From assembly GCA_963758915.1 (NCBI GenBank), contig CAVWXH010000002.1:32001-96000 (forward strand): a stretch of DNA of 64,000 bases, in the 5' to 3' direction. How positions within the stretch are numbered: position 1 is the first letter of the stretch; every line of letters begins with the position of its first letter. Shown here one piece after another: positions 22,963 to 32,605 of this stretch. The translations under genes and the position numbers were made by a program. This DNA comes from an uncultured Methanomicrobiales archaeon (GTDB lineage Archaea > Halobacteriota > Methanomicrobia > Methanomicrobiales > Methanospirillaceae). The notes below the pieces were generated by a model. That model did no database searches. It worked only from the letters and a program-made list of their open reading frames with translations, and was not told the DNA's origin.

Positions 22963-23523
22963 ATGAAGTTACGTGGTATATTTTGTTTGATACTCATCCT
23001 GTCCGCAATAGTGCTGTCTGCCGGGTGTACAGGTCCGCAGCCTTCAACCCCCTCCTCTCCTGCAACAACCACCATGGTGGTAACAACTACTGCCACCCCC
23101 GCGTTCGCGGAAAAACCTGCGACACCGGTGCCCATGGTTACCCAGAATGCCAACGCCCGCAAATTTCTTGTGAATAAGAGCTGGAAAGTCCAGTCCTGGC
23201 GAACGGAGCCAGAAATGGACCAGCAGAACAATACGGTAAAGTCCTTCCTGGCAAGTTATCACAACCGTTCGAATCATACCTTCACATGGTATGACAACGG
23301 CACTCTCGCATACCGTTACCCCAATGGCACAGCGTACACAACCGGTACCTGGAACCTGACCAAAAATAACGCAGTTATTGTCGAAAAATATACGAATACC
23401 GACGGTTTCTACCAGGAGAGTGAAAATGAGATCCTCAACCTTACGGAATCAATATTTGTCATCCGGTACCCTGCCAATGTGGCTGGAAAGGAGTATTTCT
23501 TCATCGAGACCCATAGTCTGTAA
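22963..23523 (+). CDS. Lipoprotein (lipocalin-like beta domain)
   Basis: LSAGC lipobox, Thr/Pro linker, KSWKV...GTWNL; many N-X-S/T sequons. Confidence 0.75.
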   Translation: MKLRGIFCLILILSAIVLSAGCTGPQPSTPSSPATTTMVVTTTATPAFAEKPATPVPMVTQNANARKFLVNKSWKVQSWRTEPEMDQQNNTVKSFLASYHNRSNHTFTWYDNGTLAYRYPNGTAYTTGTWNLTKNNAVIVEKYTNTDGFYQESENEILNLTESIFVIRYPANVAGKEYFFIETHSL

Positions 23524-23828
23524 CAGGATATCCGGGTCCTGGGGAATGGCAGGTATACGGGTAAATAGCAGGGGAAACCTGGAAGGGACCGCCTGCCATA
23601 CTCCTGTTTCTCTTTTCCCGGATTGTTATGGTAACATGTTTCATGGGTTATCACGGATCCGGTCTTTGGAAACCGGCTTGAAATTTTCAATTCCCTCTTT
23701 GTACTCGTTTAAGCCAGGTCCGCTCTGACAAAGCAATGCGTAAACCCCGGTTACCGCATAAACCGCGGGGAAAGAATCGACGGAGCGGTTATTTAATTCA
23801 TCATAATCGATATTAGTATAGTGATTTG

Positions 23829-24011
23829 ATGTCGAAACGGGCTGTCGATTCAGTATTCCAGGCGATGTTCCTGCTCACCGATTTGAGGGTGATCCTCCGT
23901 GATACCGCCCCGGTTCACGAGCTTGATGAAGGCCAGCAGGCCATGGTGTCCCGGACGCTCGCAGAACTCGAAGAGCAGGTGAAGGTCATCAGGAAGGAGA
24001 TGGTGGGATGA
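23829..24011 (+). CDS. Small SepCysS-associated protein (SepCysSn-like)
   Basis: 60-aa helical ORF with ATGA overlap onto pscS. Size and position match the SepCysSn genes that accompany some SepCysS clades. Confidence 0.65.
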   Translation: MSKRAVDSVFQAMFLLTDLRVILRDTAPVHELDEGQQAMVSRTLAELEEQVKVIRKEMVG

Positions 24012-25189
24012 AGTGCGGGCTTTCACTGGATGTCCGTGACATTGACGAGACCACGATCAATATCGACCCGATCCAGGTAGGCGGGCGCCTTACCGCTGAT
24101 GCGATGAAGGCGGTCATTGCATACGGTGACGGGTATTCAGTCTGTGACAACTGCAGGAAACCAAACCGCCTTGACATGATAAAAAGTCCCCCCATTGATG
24201 CATTTCATCGCGACCTTGCGGCGTTTGTGAACATGGACGAGGCCCGTGTTGTGCCAGGGGCACGGCGGGCTTTCCAGGCAGTTGCAGGGACGTATATAGA
24301 AAAGGGCGACCCGGTACTGCTCACCGCCCTGTCTCACTATACTGAATTTCTCTCTGTTGAGGCGTATGGCGGGGTACCCCTTGAGATCCAGAAGAGCCCG
24401 GAGAATATCATAACGGCCGACGCTGCCGGAGAGAAGATCGATGCGGTCAAACGCGAATACGGACGACCCCCGAAACTCCTCTATGTCGATCATTTCGATT
24501 ACCAGTTCGGCAACGAGCATGACGTGAAAGGGATCGTCAAAGTCGCGAAAGAGAACGATATCCCGGTGCTCTATAACGGGGCATACACTGTCGGCATTCT
24601 GCCGGTCGACGGTCGTGACCTTGGTGCTGATTTTGTTGTCGGATCTGCCCACAAGAGCATGGCCTCACCTGCCCCTTCCGGTGTGCTTGCGGTAACCAGA
24701 GAGCGTGCAGAGGAGGTATTCCGGACAACGAAGGCCCAGGCTGACCTGACTAAACGGACATTCGGGATCAAGGAAGTCGAGATGATGGGCTGCACCCTCA
24801 TGGGCGTCACACTCGTTGGCATGATGGCCTCGTTCCCCCATGTACGCGAACGGGTGAAACACTGGGACCGTCACCTTTCAAACGGGAGTATGATCGTGGA
24901 CGCACTCCTTGCCATTGATGGTACAACAGTAAAGTCGGAGTACCCGAGGAAGCATACGCTCACCAGGGTTGATACGACCGGGTCTTTCGATACCGTGGCC
25001 AGGACTCATAAAAAGCGCGGTTTCTTCCTGACCAGTGCCCTTAAAGAGATGGGTATTGCAGGGACAATTCCCGGTGCAACGAAAGTCTGGAAGTTCAATA
25101 CCTATGGAATGACCGATGCCCAGGCACGGTACACTGCGAAGGCTTTCCAGGATATTGCCCTTCAAAACGGGCTCCCTGTATCCCCGTGA
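24008..25189 (+). CDS. pscS: O-phosphoseryl-tRNA:Cys-tRNA synthase
   Basis: NIDPIQVGGRL, DGYSVCDNC, GARRAF, GSAHKSMASPAPSG (PLP Lys), EVEMMGCT, KKRGFFL. Confidence 0.95.
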   Translation: MKCGLSLDVRDIDETTINIDPIQVGGRLTADAMKAVIAYGDGYSVCDNCRKPNRLDMIKSPPIDAFHRDLAAFVNMDEARVVPGARRAFQAVAGTYIEKGDPVLLTALSHYTEFLSVEAYGGVPLEIQKSPENIITADAAGEKIDAVKREYGRPPKLLYVDHFDYQFGNEHDVKGIVKVAKENDIPVLYNGAYTVGILPVDGRDLGADFVVGSAHKSMASPAPSGVLAVTRERAEEVFRTTKAQADLTKRTFGIKEVEMMGCTLMGVTLVGMMASFPHVRERVKHWDRHLSNGSMIVDALLAIDGTTVKSEYPRKHTLTRVDTTGSFDTVARTHKKRGFFLTSALKEMGIAGTIPGATKVWKFNTYGMTDAQARYTAKAFQDIALQNGLPVSP

Positions 25190-25208
25190 TCCTGCACTCC
25201 CAAATAAC

Positions 25209-25469
25209 GGTTCTGCAGGCGTCCTCTCAAACCTGTCCTGTAGATGGGAAAAGTCCAGAATTTAATAACGCTCCCGGGGCTCCGCCGCTTTTGCGACCCC
25301 GGTTGGGACAGGGCATGGATTTAACAATCCCTGAATTTTTCAGGGACCCAATTGATAAACCCTGCCCATGAATTGTTGTATCCGGGTGGACCAGGGAGGG
25401 GGTGAAACCCACTCCCGTCTACACATTCCTCTTTTTCTCTTCAACACTCATGGTTTGTAAAAAAGAGCG
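25209..25469 (-). mobile_element. MITE family copy (older, eroded termini)
   Basis: CGCTCCCGGGGC...GCGACCCCGGTTGGGACAG...GGGGGTGAAACCC...CATTCCTCTTTTT is collinear with the 34398 and 62476 copies; ~261 bp between TIR-like ends. Confidence 0.7.
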
Positions 25470-25480
25470 AAAAAAAACAT

Positions 25481-26011
25481 TTACTTTTTCTGAACTTGTT
25501 TCTTATTGTCGGGAAGGGTCTCTTTCCGGACTATTTTCATCTCGCATGCCTTATCCCCCATGCACATGCTCCGTACGAACCTGAGTGAGTAATCCGGGTT
25601 CAGTGTCTCTATCGCAGAGATACTGAATGCAAGGCACTTGGAAAACAGGGGCTCCGTATGGCCCCTCATCTCCATTTCGCGGAAAATGAACGGGCATTTC
25701 GTGACCCTTACGACCGACCTGTCTTCTTCGATTTTAAGATGCTCCATGTTATAATCCGGGGAAAAAAAGATCTTTGAAATCGTCCGGTAGGTATTTGCGA
25801 GGTCCGGCGCTGTCTTTACCGGGAGTTTAAACGCATCGGCGACAGATTTCGCCTCTTTTCCTGTCTCGATCCAGATGTCCTGTTCGAGCTCGTCATACTC
25901 ATCCCCCAGTTTCTTCCGAAACGCGATGTCGTACATAACGGGGAGACGGGATGCAAGACGGCTTGCTATCAGCCATTTAGCGGCATCCGGGATGTCAGTC
26001 TCTTCAACCAT
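25481..26011 (-). CDS. V4R/ATC-hydrolase-like (DUF6125-like) protein
   Basis: VTKCPF...SKC...LNPDY...SMCMGDKACE Cys pattern. Confidence 0.6.
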   Translation of the reverse strand: MVEETDIPDAAKWLIASRLASRLPVMYDIAFRKKLGDEYDELEQDIWIETGKEAKSVADAFKLPVKTAPDLANTYRTISKIFFSPDYNMEHLKIEEDRSVVRVTKCPFIFREMEMRGHTEPLFSKCLAFSISAIETLNPDYSLRFVRSMCMGDKACEMKIVRKETLPDNKKQVQKK

Positions 26012-26482
26012 TCCATCCGAAATCTACCCCGGGAGGGAAAAAGTAATTGGATCGTACCAATGCCAGGTGCCTATCCCGCAGGCGGTACCAATCCGGCGGA
26101 TTTTAATGGTCCCTGTACCTGAATAATACTATACGAGACCGTTATCGTTACTACCTGCCAGGTGCGGTCGGCAGTTGCGGTAACTGGTATGCCGGTCATG
26201 GATAGTACAATCGTGAACGTGACCGGAAAATGATCAGGGCATCCAGGAAATTTCCGGTGGAAGCCTGATAACAACGAAAATATATGGCTGGTTTCATATT
26301 CCATGGTGGATATCAGGGCGCTCTTCATGGTCGACCAGCGGGTATTAACCGGCAGGGAAAGGATGAATGATGAGGTAGAGTGGATATAACCGGATGACTG
26401 AAATGATGCACTGTAACGTTCCAGCCGGAAATCAGGCAGAAAATAGATATCTGTCTGGTCGCAGCGTGACAGGAGGCCTGTT

Positions 26483-28006
26483 ATGACTGAAGAACGAGCA
26501 TGGGAGATCATCGTGATAGGGGGTGGACTTGCAGGGCTTACGTCAGGTGCTTACCTTGCGATGGCCGGAAAATCAGTCCTCCTCCTGGAGCAGCGGGACC
26601 TGCCCGGTGGCTGTTGCGGGGCTTTCTCATCAGGTGGACATAATGTACCGGCGGCAGCCCACCTGGTGAATGACCCTGGCATGATAAACGGGATACTCCG
26701 TGAGCTGGGTGCTGCAGAGATCACGTTCACCCGTCTCGACCCGGTCTTCGACGTGGCGGGTCCCTGCCCCGGGAAACACCTGATAATCACTTCAGACAGG
26801 GAACGTTTTGAAGAATCCGCCCATGGAATGGTCACGGATTCAGTGCGGGAAAAAGTTAGCCAGGGACTTGGCAGGCTCATTGAGTTATCGGGACAGATTA
26901 ATCGCGAAACGAAGGCGCTGCCGCTTGAAAGCCCCGAACTGATGTCATTTTTCAAACGGCTGTTCCTGGGCATTTCAATGCAGCGAAAACTCCCCATGAG
27001 CATGGAATATGGCAGGATGCCCGTCCAGCAGTTCCTCAGCTCGGTCTTTCCGGGTGTTGAGATGCAATGCCTCCGGGCTGCGCTCCGGTCTGTTGTTCCT
27101 CTACGTAGTGCCCGTGCCCTTGACCTCCTCCAGCTTCTTGGCAATGTAGCCGAAGGCAATGTTTTTTACCCGGATGGCGGAGTTGAATCGCTAATCGAAA
27201 CCCTGAACGGTTGTTTCCAGTCATATGGAGGGGTAGTAAGGACAGGGGCAAAAGTCACCTCTGTCAATGTGGCCGATGGGCAGGTCACCGGTGTAACACT
27301 GGCAGATGAGAGCACCATCAACGGTGACATGGTGTTATCGGCAATCGATATGAAGGAATTGTTCTTTACCCTGCTCCCCGAAAAGGTGGCCCCGCGGCTG
27401 TTCCAGGAGAAACTCGCAAAAATTCCGCTATCAGACTCGTACATCACGGTAACGGTGACCACCACCTTCCCCGCCGGGACGGTTAACGAACATGGAAAAG
27501 GTGTCAGGGTAATAAACCCCGTTGTTGAGGAAGATGAGCTGTTCACCTCAGATGAACCTGACCGCGTCTCACTATTTATCCATTTCCCGGAACTGGTGTC
27601 GGGACACGTGCCGGATGGCCGGTCAGTGGTCCAGATCATGGCCCCTGTCCGTTTTATATATGAAGATAACTGGCATTCAGGGCCGGAGTGCAAAAAAACG
27701 GGGGAGTATAATGAATTCAAGAAACAGTACGCTGCATTGCTTATTAAGCGGGCTGAGGCCGTGGTCCCCGGCCTGTCATCACACATTGCGGATATTGCAG
27801 TTGCCACACCCGTAAGTTACCGGTCCTGCACCGGGAATGACGAGGGCGCTGTCTTCGGTTGGCGCCGGCCGAGGATGTGGCGGCAGAAAGTGCATTACAC
27901 CCATGGCCTTTACCTCGCCGGCCACTGGACCTATCCCGGGCCCGGGATATTAAAAACGATGATGTCAGGAAAAAATGCCGGCAGGATCATGTTATCCGGG
28001 GAGTAA
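26483..28006 (+). CDS. Phytoene desaturase-family FAD oxidoreductase
   Basis: IVIGGGLAGL...LEQ...PGG, YPDGG, ATP.SY, GAVFGW, GLYLAGHWTYPGPG. Confidence 0.85.
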   Translation: MTEERAWEIIVIGGGLAGLTSGAYLAMAGKSVLLLEQRDLPGGCCGAFSSGGHNVPAAAHLVNDPGMINGILRELGAAEITFTRLDPVFDVAGPCPGKHLIITSDRERFEESAHGMVTDSVREKVSQGLGRLIELSGQINRETKALPLESPELMSFFKRLFLGISMQRKLPMSMEYGRMPVQQFLSSVFPGVEMQCLRAALRSVVPLRSARALDLLQLLGNVAEGNVFYPDGGVESLIETLNGCFQSYGGVVRTGAKVTSVNVADGQVTGVTLADESTINGDMVLSAIDMKELFFTLLPEKVAPRLFQEKLAKIPLSDSYITVTVTTTFPAGTVNEHGKGVRVINPVVEEDELFTSDEPDRVSLFIHFPELVSGHVPDGRSVVQIMAPVRFIYEDNWHSGPECKKTGEYNEFKKQYAALLIKRAEAVVPGLSSHIADIAVATPVSYRSCTGNDEGAVFGWRRPRMWRQKVHYTHGLYLAGHWTYPGPGILKTMMSGKNAGRIMLSGE

Positions 28007-28024
28007 GACCCGGGGGTGGTGTGC

Positions 28025-28546
28025 ATGGAAGATGAAAGAACCGAAACGATCAGCCGCATTGCAACGTTCTGTGCCGGGTCCTTCTGGGACCTTGAATCGG
28101 TTTTCAGGCATTTGAACGGTGTTGTTGCCACGTCCGTGGGATTTATGGGGGGTACTGTGACGGCCCCCACCTACGGGGAGGTCTGTACCGGGAAGACGGG
28201 GCATTCCGAGGTGGTCATGATCGCCTATGATCCAGGCCACATTTCGTACGGGAAACTCCTCGATATTTATTTTAATTCCAGTGACCCCTGCTCCCGGCAG
28301 CAGGGGGAATACGCAGGAACCCAGTATGGACCGGTGATCTTTTGTCATGATGACCAGGATAAGCAGCTGGCGGAGGAGTATATCCGCGAATTACGTCAAA
28401 AAGGACGATGCCCGGAGGGGGTAGTCACCCGGACCGCTCCCGCATCAACATTTTATCGGGCTGACGAATGTCACCAGCAGTTTTATGAAAAGATGGGGTG
28501 CTGTTATCCTGTCCTTCATACCGGCGATCACCGCAGTGAAGAGTAG
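28025..28546 (+). CDS. msrA: MsrA-like paralog lacking the canonical catalytic Cys
   Basis: Overall MsrA pattern (GFMGG..PTY.EVCTG.TGH.E, YDP..ISY..LL, QY..IF, FY.A...HQQ), but GSFWD replaces GCFWG. Confidence 0.75.
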   Translation: MEDERTETISRIATFCAGSFWDLESVFRHLNGVVATSVGFMGGTVTAPTYGEVCTGKTGHSEVVMIAYDPGHISYGKLLDIYFNSSDPCSRQQGEYAGTQYGPVIFCHDDQDKQLAEEYIRELRQKGRCPEGVVTRTAPASTFYRADECHQQFYEKMGCCYPVLHTGDHRSEE

Positions 28547-28850
28547 TGCCCGAATCACCGGTCTCCATGGTTTATTATGCGCAGGCGTTCACCAGTCCCG
28601 ATATTATCGCTTCTGCACCGTTTTATTCCCTTGAAACCCCGGAGCACCACCTGCCAGGAGCCAGGTAATTGTGGTCATCCCATTGAGGCCTGACAGGCCG
28701 GAGCATGGTGATAGTGGAGGGGACCCCGGTTTGATGAGACTGTGGACATGCAGGCGGGTCCTGATTTTTATTCCGAATGTATAGGGGGATGAAAAGTTTT
28801 ATGTAATCAATAGCGGAAATTGAATATAAAAATAAAAAGGGACGAAAAAA

Positions 28851-29309
28851 ATGGCTCTTAATGTCAGTCATCCTGGTATTTTTTCAAAGATAGTCATCTT
28901 TTCAATAGTTATCTCCCTGTTGATGTTTGGAACTCCTGTGGCAGCCCTGCCCATATCAAATTCCTATTCAGGCTATTATCATGGAATGTCGTATGGATAC
29001 TCTGTCAACCTGCAATCAACCTCAACACACCCGGTGATAGGGACTTCGGAATCCCAGGGAATAAGCGTGGTCTTTCTCTCCCCGGTCCTTGCCGGACCCG
29101 GATATCGTGGAAATTATCTCCCCGCAAATCCCGGTTCAACACAGGCATTATTTAAAAAATTGAAATATGATTATTCTTTGAACTCACAAAAATTCATTCC
29201 TGTACCACCTGATTACATACAACTGTTTTCAAGTTCAGAAAATATTCATATCGCAACATCCATTGACTACGTGGATACATCCAATCAGCACATTCATTCT
29301 GAATCCTGA
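28851..29309 (+). CDS. Hypothetical secreted protein
   Basis: N-terminal hydrophobic signal; AT-rich; no recognisable domain. Confidence 0.45.
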   Translation: MALNVSHPGIFSKIVIFSIVISLLMFGTPVAALPISNSYSGYYHGMSYGYSVNLQSTSTHPVIGTSESQGISVVFLSPVLAGPGYRGNYLPANPGSTQALFKKLKYDYSLNSQKFIPVPPDYIQLFSSSENIHIATSIDYVDTSNQHIHSES

Positions 29310-29442
29310 TATTTGTCATTCCCCCGCTTTTTTTGCCGGGTATGAAACCTGACTGGAAAATCAGCTGATATGAAAAACCCCGGTAAAACATCTGAAAGGC
29401 AACCTTTTTCATGCACCTCTATGATCCAAAGGCTCATAGCAC

Positions 29443-29675
29443 GCTTTGTTGAAACACAGGTGAACGGGAAGTTCAGACCAGGGCTATGAAAATGCCTCGT
29501 TCAAAATTTCCATAAATTGAGGTCCGGTTTCTCATTTTCATGGGAAATTCTCTGATACGTTCTTACTGAATCCGGACTATCCCTTAATTTTTCAACGCTC
29601 CCTGGGCTCATGGCCCGCTGCGGTGGCGACCCCGGCCGGGACAGGAAATGATCTCTCTGAATTATTGAAATATCT
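29443..29675. repeat. MITE family remnant (TIR + module A, followed by inverted core segment)
   Basis: GCTTTGTTGAAAC then TGAACGGGAAGTTCA...TGAAAATGCC.CGTTCAAAAT, shared with 31229-31310; CGCTCCCTGGGCTCATGGCCCG...GCGACCCCGG at about 29596-29640. Confidence 0.65.
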
Positions 29676-29851
29676 GGCGGGACCGTACAATAGAGAAGTG
29701 CTTAAATACAAATCTTGATAATAAAATAACTAGTTTTATGGTTATTTTTAACCAATTAAACCCCCTGATAACTGCCAATTGCCTAAATGGTTAAAACCGT
29801 GACACTTGAGAAGTCAGGACTCCGGAGAATACCGGATCCGGGATTGCAGGT

Positions 29852-31232
29852 ATGGGAATTCGATTTTTCCGCGGCCAGAAGACAAAATTCGAACATGAGC
29901 ACCACCAGCTCAAAGAGATAGCCCGCATTGTCGTGAAAGAATTTCCGGATGAACCGGTGTACCTCCTGACCAACGTCCTCGTCGCGAACGGGGAACTTGA
30001 CTGCGTGGTCCTCACCCGTCACGGCCCTCTTATCCTTGACCTGAAGGCATATTCCGGGACTATCCGTGGGTCAGAGAACGGGAAATGGCAGGTCGAAACA
30101 AAGGACGGGGTGCATTCACTCCCTAACCTGTTCATCCAGTCCAAAATCCACCGGCAGGACTTTATTGACAAGATGATCACAATCTGCCGGACCCATTTCC
30201 CTCATATCGGTGAAATTAACCTAAAAAAAATCGGTTCCTGGGCGTATTTCTGCAAGGGAAGTGTCTACCCGGCGGGACAGATTGATTTTCGCCGGGTGAA
30301 ATGGTTCCGTGTTGTAACGGCAGAAAGCCTGGCCGAAAAACTTCGTTTTACCGATGCCGGTTACACCCTCCGTCCTGAAGACATGGATGCCATTGTCACT
30401 GGACCTTCACCTCCAGGAATACTCTTTTTTCACAGACAAGGAAATTAAACGGTCCGCCGCGGGCAAACCCGGAGGTTTCCTCGGGACTACCCGGCGGAAG
30501 ATCCTTGTAGCCCTGGTGATTATTGCTGCACTGGTCCTGATTATTCCTGGAATGAACATGATGGTTACCGATACGGCTTCAGGGGCCGCGAGTGCAGGCG
30601 GGTCATTGTTGCAGTCTGTCTCAAAAGAGACGCTCAAGAGTGCTTCAAGACCGTCGGACTCATCTGATGCACTGGCCTATCTTAACCAGTTCAGGGAACA
30701 GGACGGAAGAAAACCATTATACTTTGACGAACGGCTCTACAACCTCTCCCTTGTCCGTGCCCAGGACATGCAGCAGTACGAGTATCTTGCCTATGTCAAC
30801 CCCAGGACCGGGACCTGTGCAAACTCCCTGAAGACCAGGTACGGGCTGTCAGTCGATGAAAACGTGGTTGAGAGTGCCTATGGGCAATGGAACGGGTACA
30901 CCCGTGGGATTGAAAAGCAGGCAATTGATTCATGGATGAAAGAACCCGGGAACAGGTACCAGTTACTCCGGAATTATAGCGCGGGGGCCATCTCCTGTTC
31001 AGGCGGGTACTGCTCATTTATTGGCCTGAATTATGACCGGACGGGAAACGAATGTCAGACCGGGCCTTCTGGTATGAACATGACCTTCTTGATATCCACC
31101 ATAGAGAACAGGTTTTTTGCCTGGTTACCTAAAAGGGCACACGGAAGTGATAATATCCGGTTTTATTATGATTTTTCAGGCTCTTTAAAATCCAGTACAT
31201 TAAAAAAAAGGGTTCTGTTGAAACCCACATGA
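29852..31232 (+). CDS. NERD nuclease domain - TM - CAP/SCP domain protein (frameshift near 30404)
   Basis: NERD motif NVLVANGELDCVVLTRHGPLILDLKAYSG. Removing one C gives MDAIVTGLHLQEY, joining to a TM helix and a CAP-like region YLNQFR...L.FDERL...RAQDM...EN...IDSWMKEPGNRYQLL. C-terminal end uncertain. Confidence 0.7.
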
Positions 31233-31532
31233 ACGGGAAGTTCATACCCGGACGATTGAAAATGCCACGTTCAAAATCCCTTCATATTGCTGGCCGTTCA
31301 GGTATTTTCATATTTAAACACTGCATATTTAGAAAAAGAGGAAAAACGTTGACAGGAGGGGTTTTCATCCCCTCCCTGACCCACCCCAATAAAATATCCT
31401 TTGGCAGGGTTCAATGGGGGTATTCCAGAAGAATTCTGAGATTTTGAGGCAATATCCTATCCCAACCTGGGTCGCCAAAGTGGCGGGTCATGAGTCCCGG
31501 GGTTGCCAAGGGATGGATGGTTCAACAAATCA
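31211..31532 (+). mobile_element. MITE family copy with extra module A
   Basis: GGTTCTGTTGAAACCC left end; core AAAAAGAGGAAA...GGAGGGGTTTTCATCCCCTCC...CTATCCCAACCTGGGTCGCCAAAGTGGCGGG. Right end uncertain. Confidence 0.75.
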
Positions 31533-31593
31533 TGATTTGTCAGATGGTTGTAAGATATTAACCGTATCACCAGGACCCCTGGATAAAAAAAGG

Positions 31594-32484
31594 TCAGAAT
31601 TTTCTGGCCGCAATAAACAGCCCGAGAATTCCAAGTGCATAAATAGGCAGGAATATTGATCCTGGCGCTTTGGTTGTTGGAATTAGAGATTCCGTCACCC
31701 TGCCGGGTGGTGGAGTCATTGTTGTGGTAACCGCTGGTGTTGCAGGGGATATGGCGGGTGTTGAGGCCGGCGCAGGTGCTGCCAGCCCCTGGTTCACGTG
31801 AATAATAAACGTTGAGACTGGCTGCAGCCCTACTATTCCTGCCTTACCCGGGCATTTCTCTGCGAGCCCCTGCCCTTTGACAAACGTGATTACCACACTT
31901 GAATTATCATTCCGGCCATTGTAAACGACTTTCTCGCCGGACCCGAGGATCTTTTGGAGGACCGTCCTGTCTGTACTATTCAGTATGATAGCGGTGGATA
32001 ACGCATTACAGACCGATCCCGTGCAGTTACCACATTCGGGGGTGGTGGTATATCCGAAGGAATAATCGGCTGCAAGATCCACAGGCAGCGAATCAGGGTC
32101 ACCAATTATATCTGTCGCCAGCCAGTTCTCGATACCCGGGGTAGGGAAGACCTTTGCCACGCCAATCCATGTGCCACCTGGTCCGCCCATGCTTGTGGCA
32201 ACGACCGGGTCCCCCGCTTTCAGAACGGTAAATACCGCAGGGTCCGGCACGGTGCCTGTCAGGTTTTCCGGTTTTGCCGGGTTCCAGCTGCATGTTGAAG
32301 AACCGTTGGTAAACGTACATCCATAGGTATACCCGGCATTAATCGTGACTGTACCAGCGGACTGGTTCATGGAGACCATCGTTCCACGAAATGCGATTTC
32401 CTGGATTACCGCCGATGCCGGTGCTGCAGCAAGGATTACCACCGCCGCTGCAATTAACAAGGTTACAATTACCTGTTTTTTCAA
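31594..32484 (-). CDS. Secreted Cys-containing surface protein with PGF-CTERM-like anchor
   Basis: TTG start then KKQ + signal peptide (AAPASA); Pro/Thr linker; PTTKAPG + TM helix + RK. Confidence 0.75.
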   Translation of the reverse strand: MKKQVIVTLLIAAAVVILAAAPASAVIQEIAFRGTMVSMNQSAGTVTINAGYTYGCTFTNGSSTCSWNPAKPENLTGTVPDPAVFTVLKAGDPVVATSMGGPGGTWIGVAKVFPTPGIENWLATDIIGDPDSLPVDLAADYSFGYTTTPECGNCTGSVCNALSTAIILNSTDRTVLQKILGSGEKVVYNGRNDNSSVVITFVKGQGLAEKCPGKAGIVGLQPVSTFIIHVNQGLAAPAPASTPAISPATPAVTTTMTPPPGRVTESLIPTTKAPGSIFLPIYALGILGLFIAARKF

Positions 32485-32605
32485 AACTATCAACTCTGTA
32501 ATGGGATGCCTGGTTGTTACCCGGTGGATAATATCCCTTTGAAAGATGGATTGTCGTGAACCGATAAAAATGAATTCTATTGTCTCCCGGTTAACCATCA
32601 GGAGA

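Noticed and set aside
25186-25412. Short ORFs 25186-25371 and 25227-25412 (also 31229-31447, 31414-31659, 34534-34722)
   Set aside because: They lie within MITE copies and their frames are not conserved between copies.
26030-26480. 450-bp intergenic region as a possible riboswitch or ncRNA
   Set aside because: No recognisable aptamer consensus or convincing stem set by eye. An Infernal/Rfam scan would be needed.
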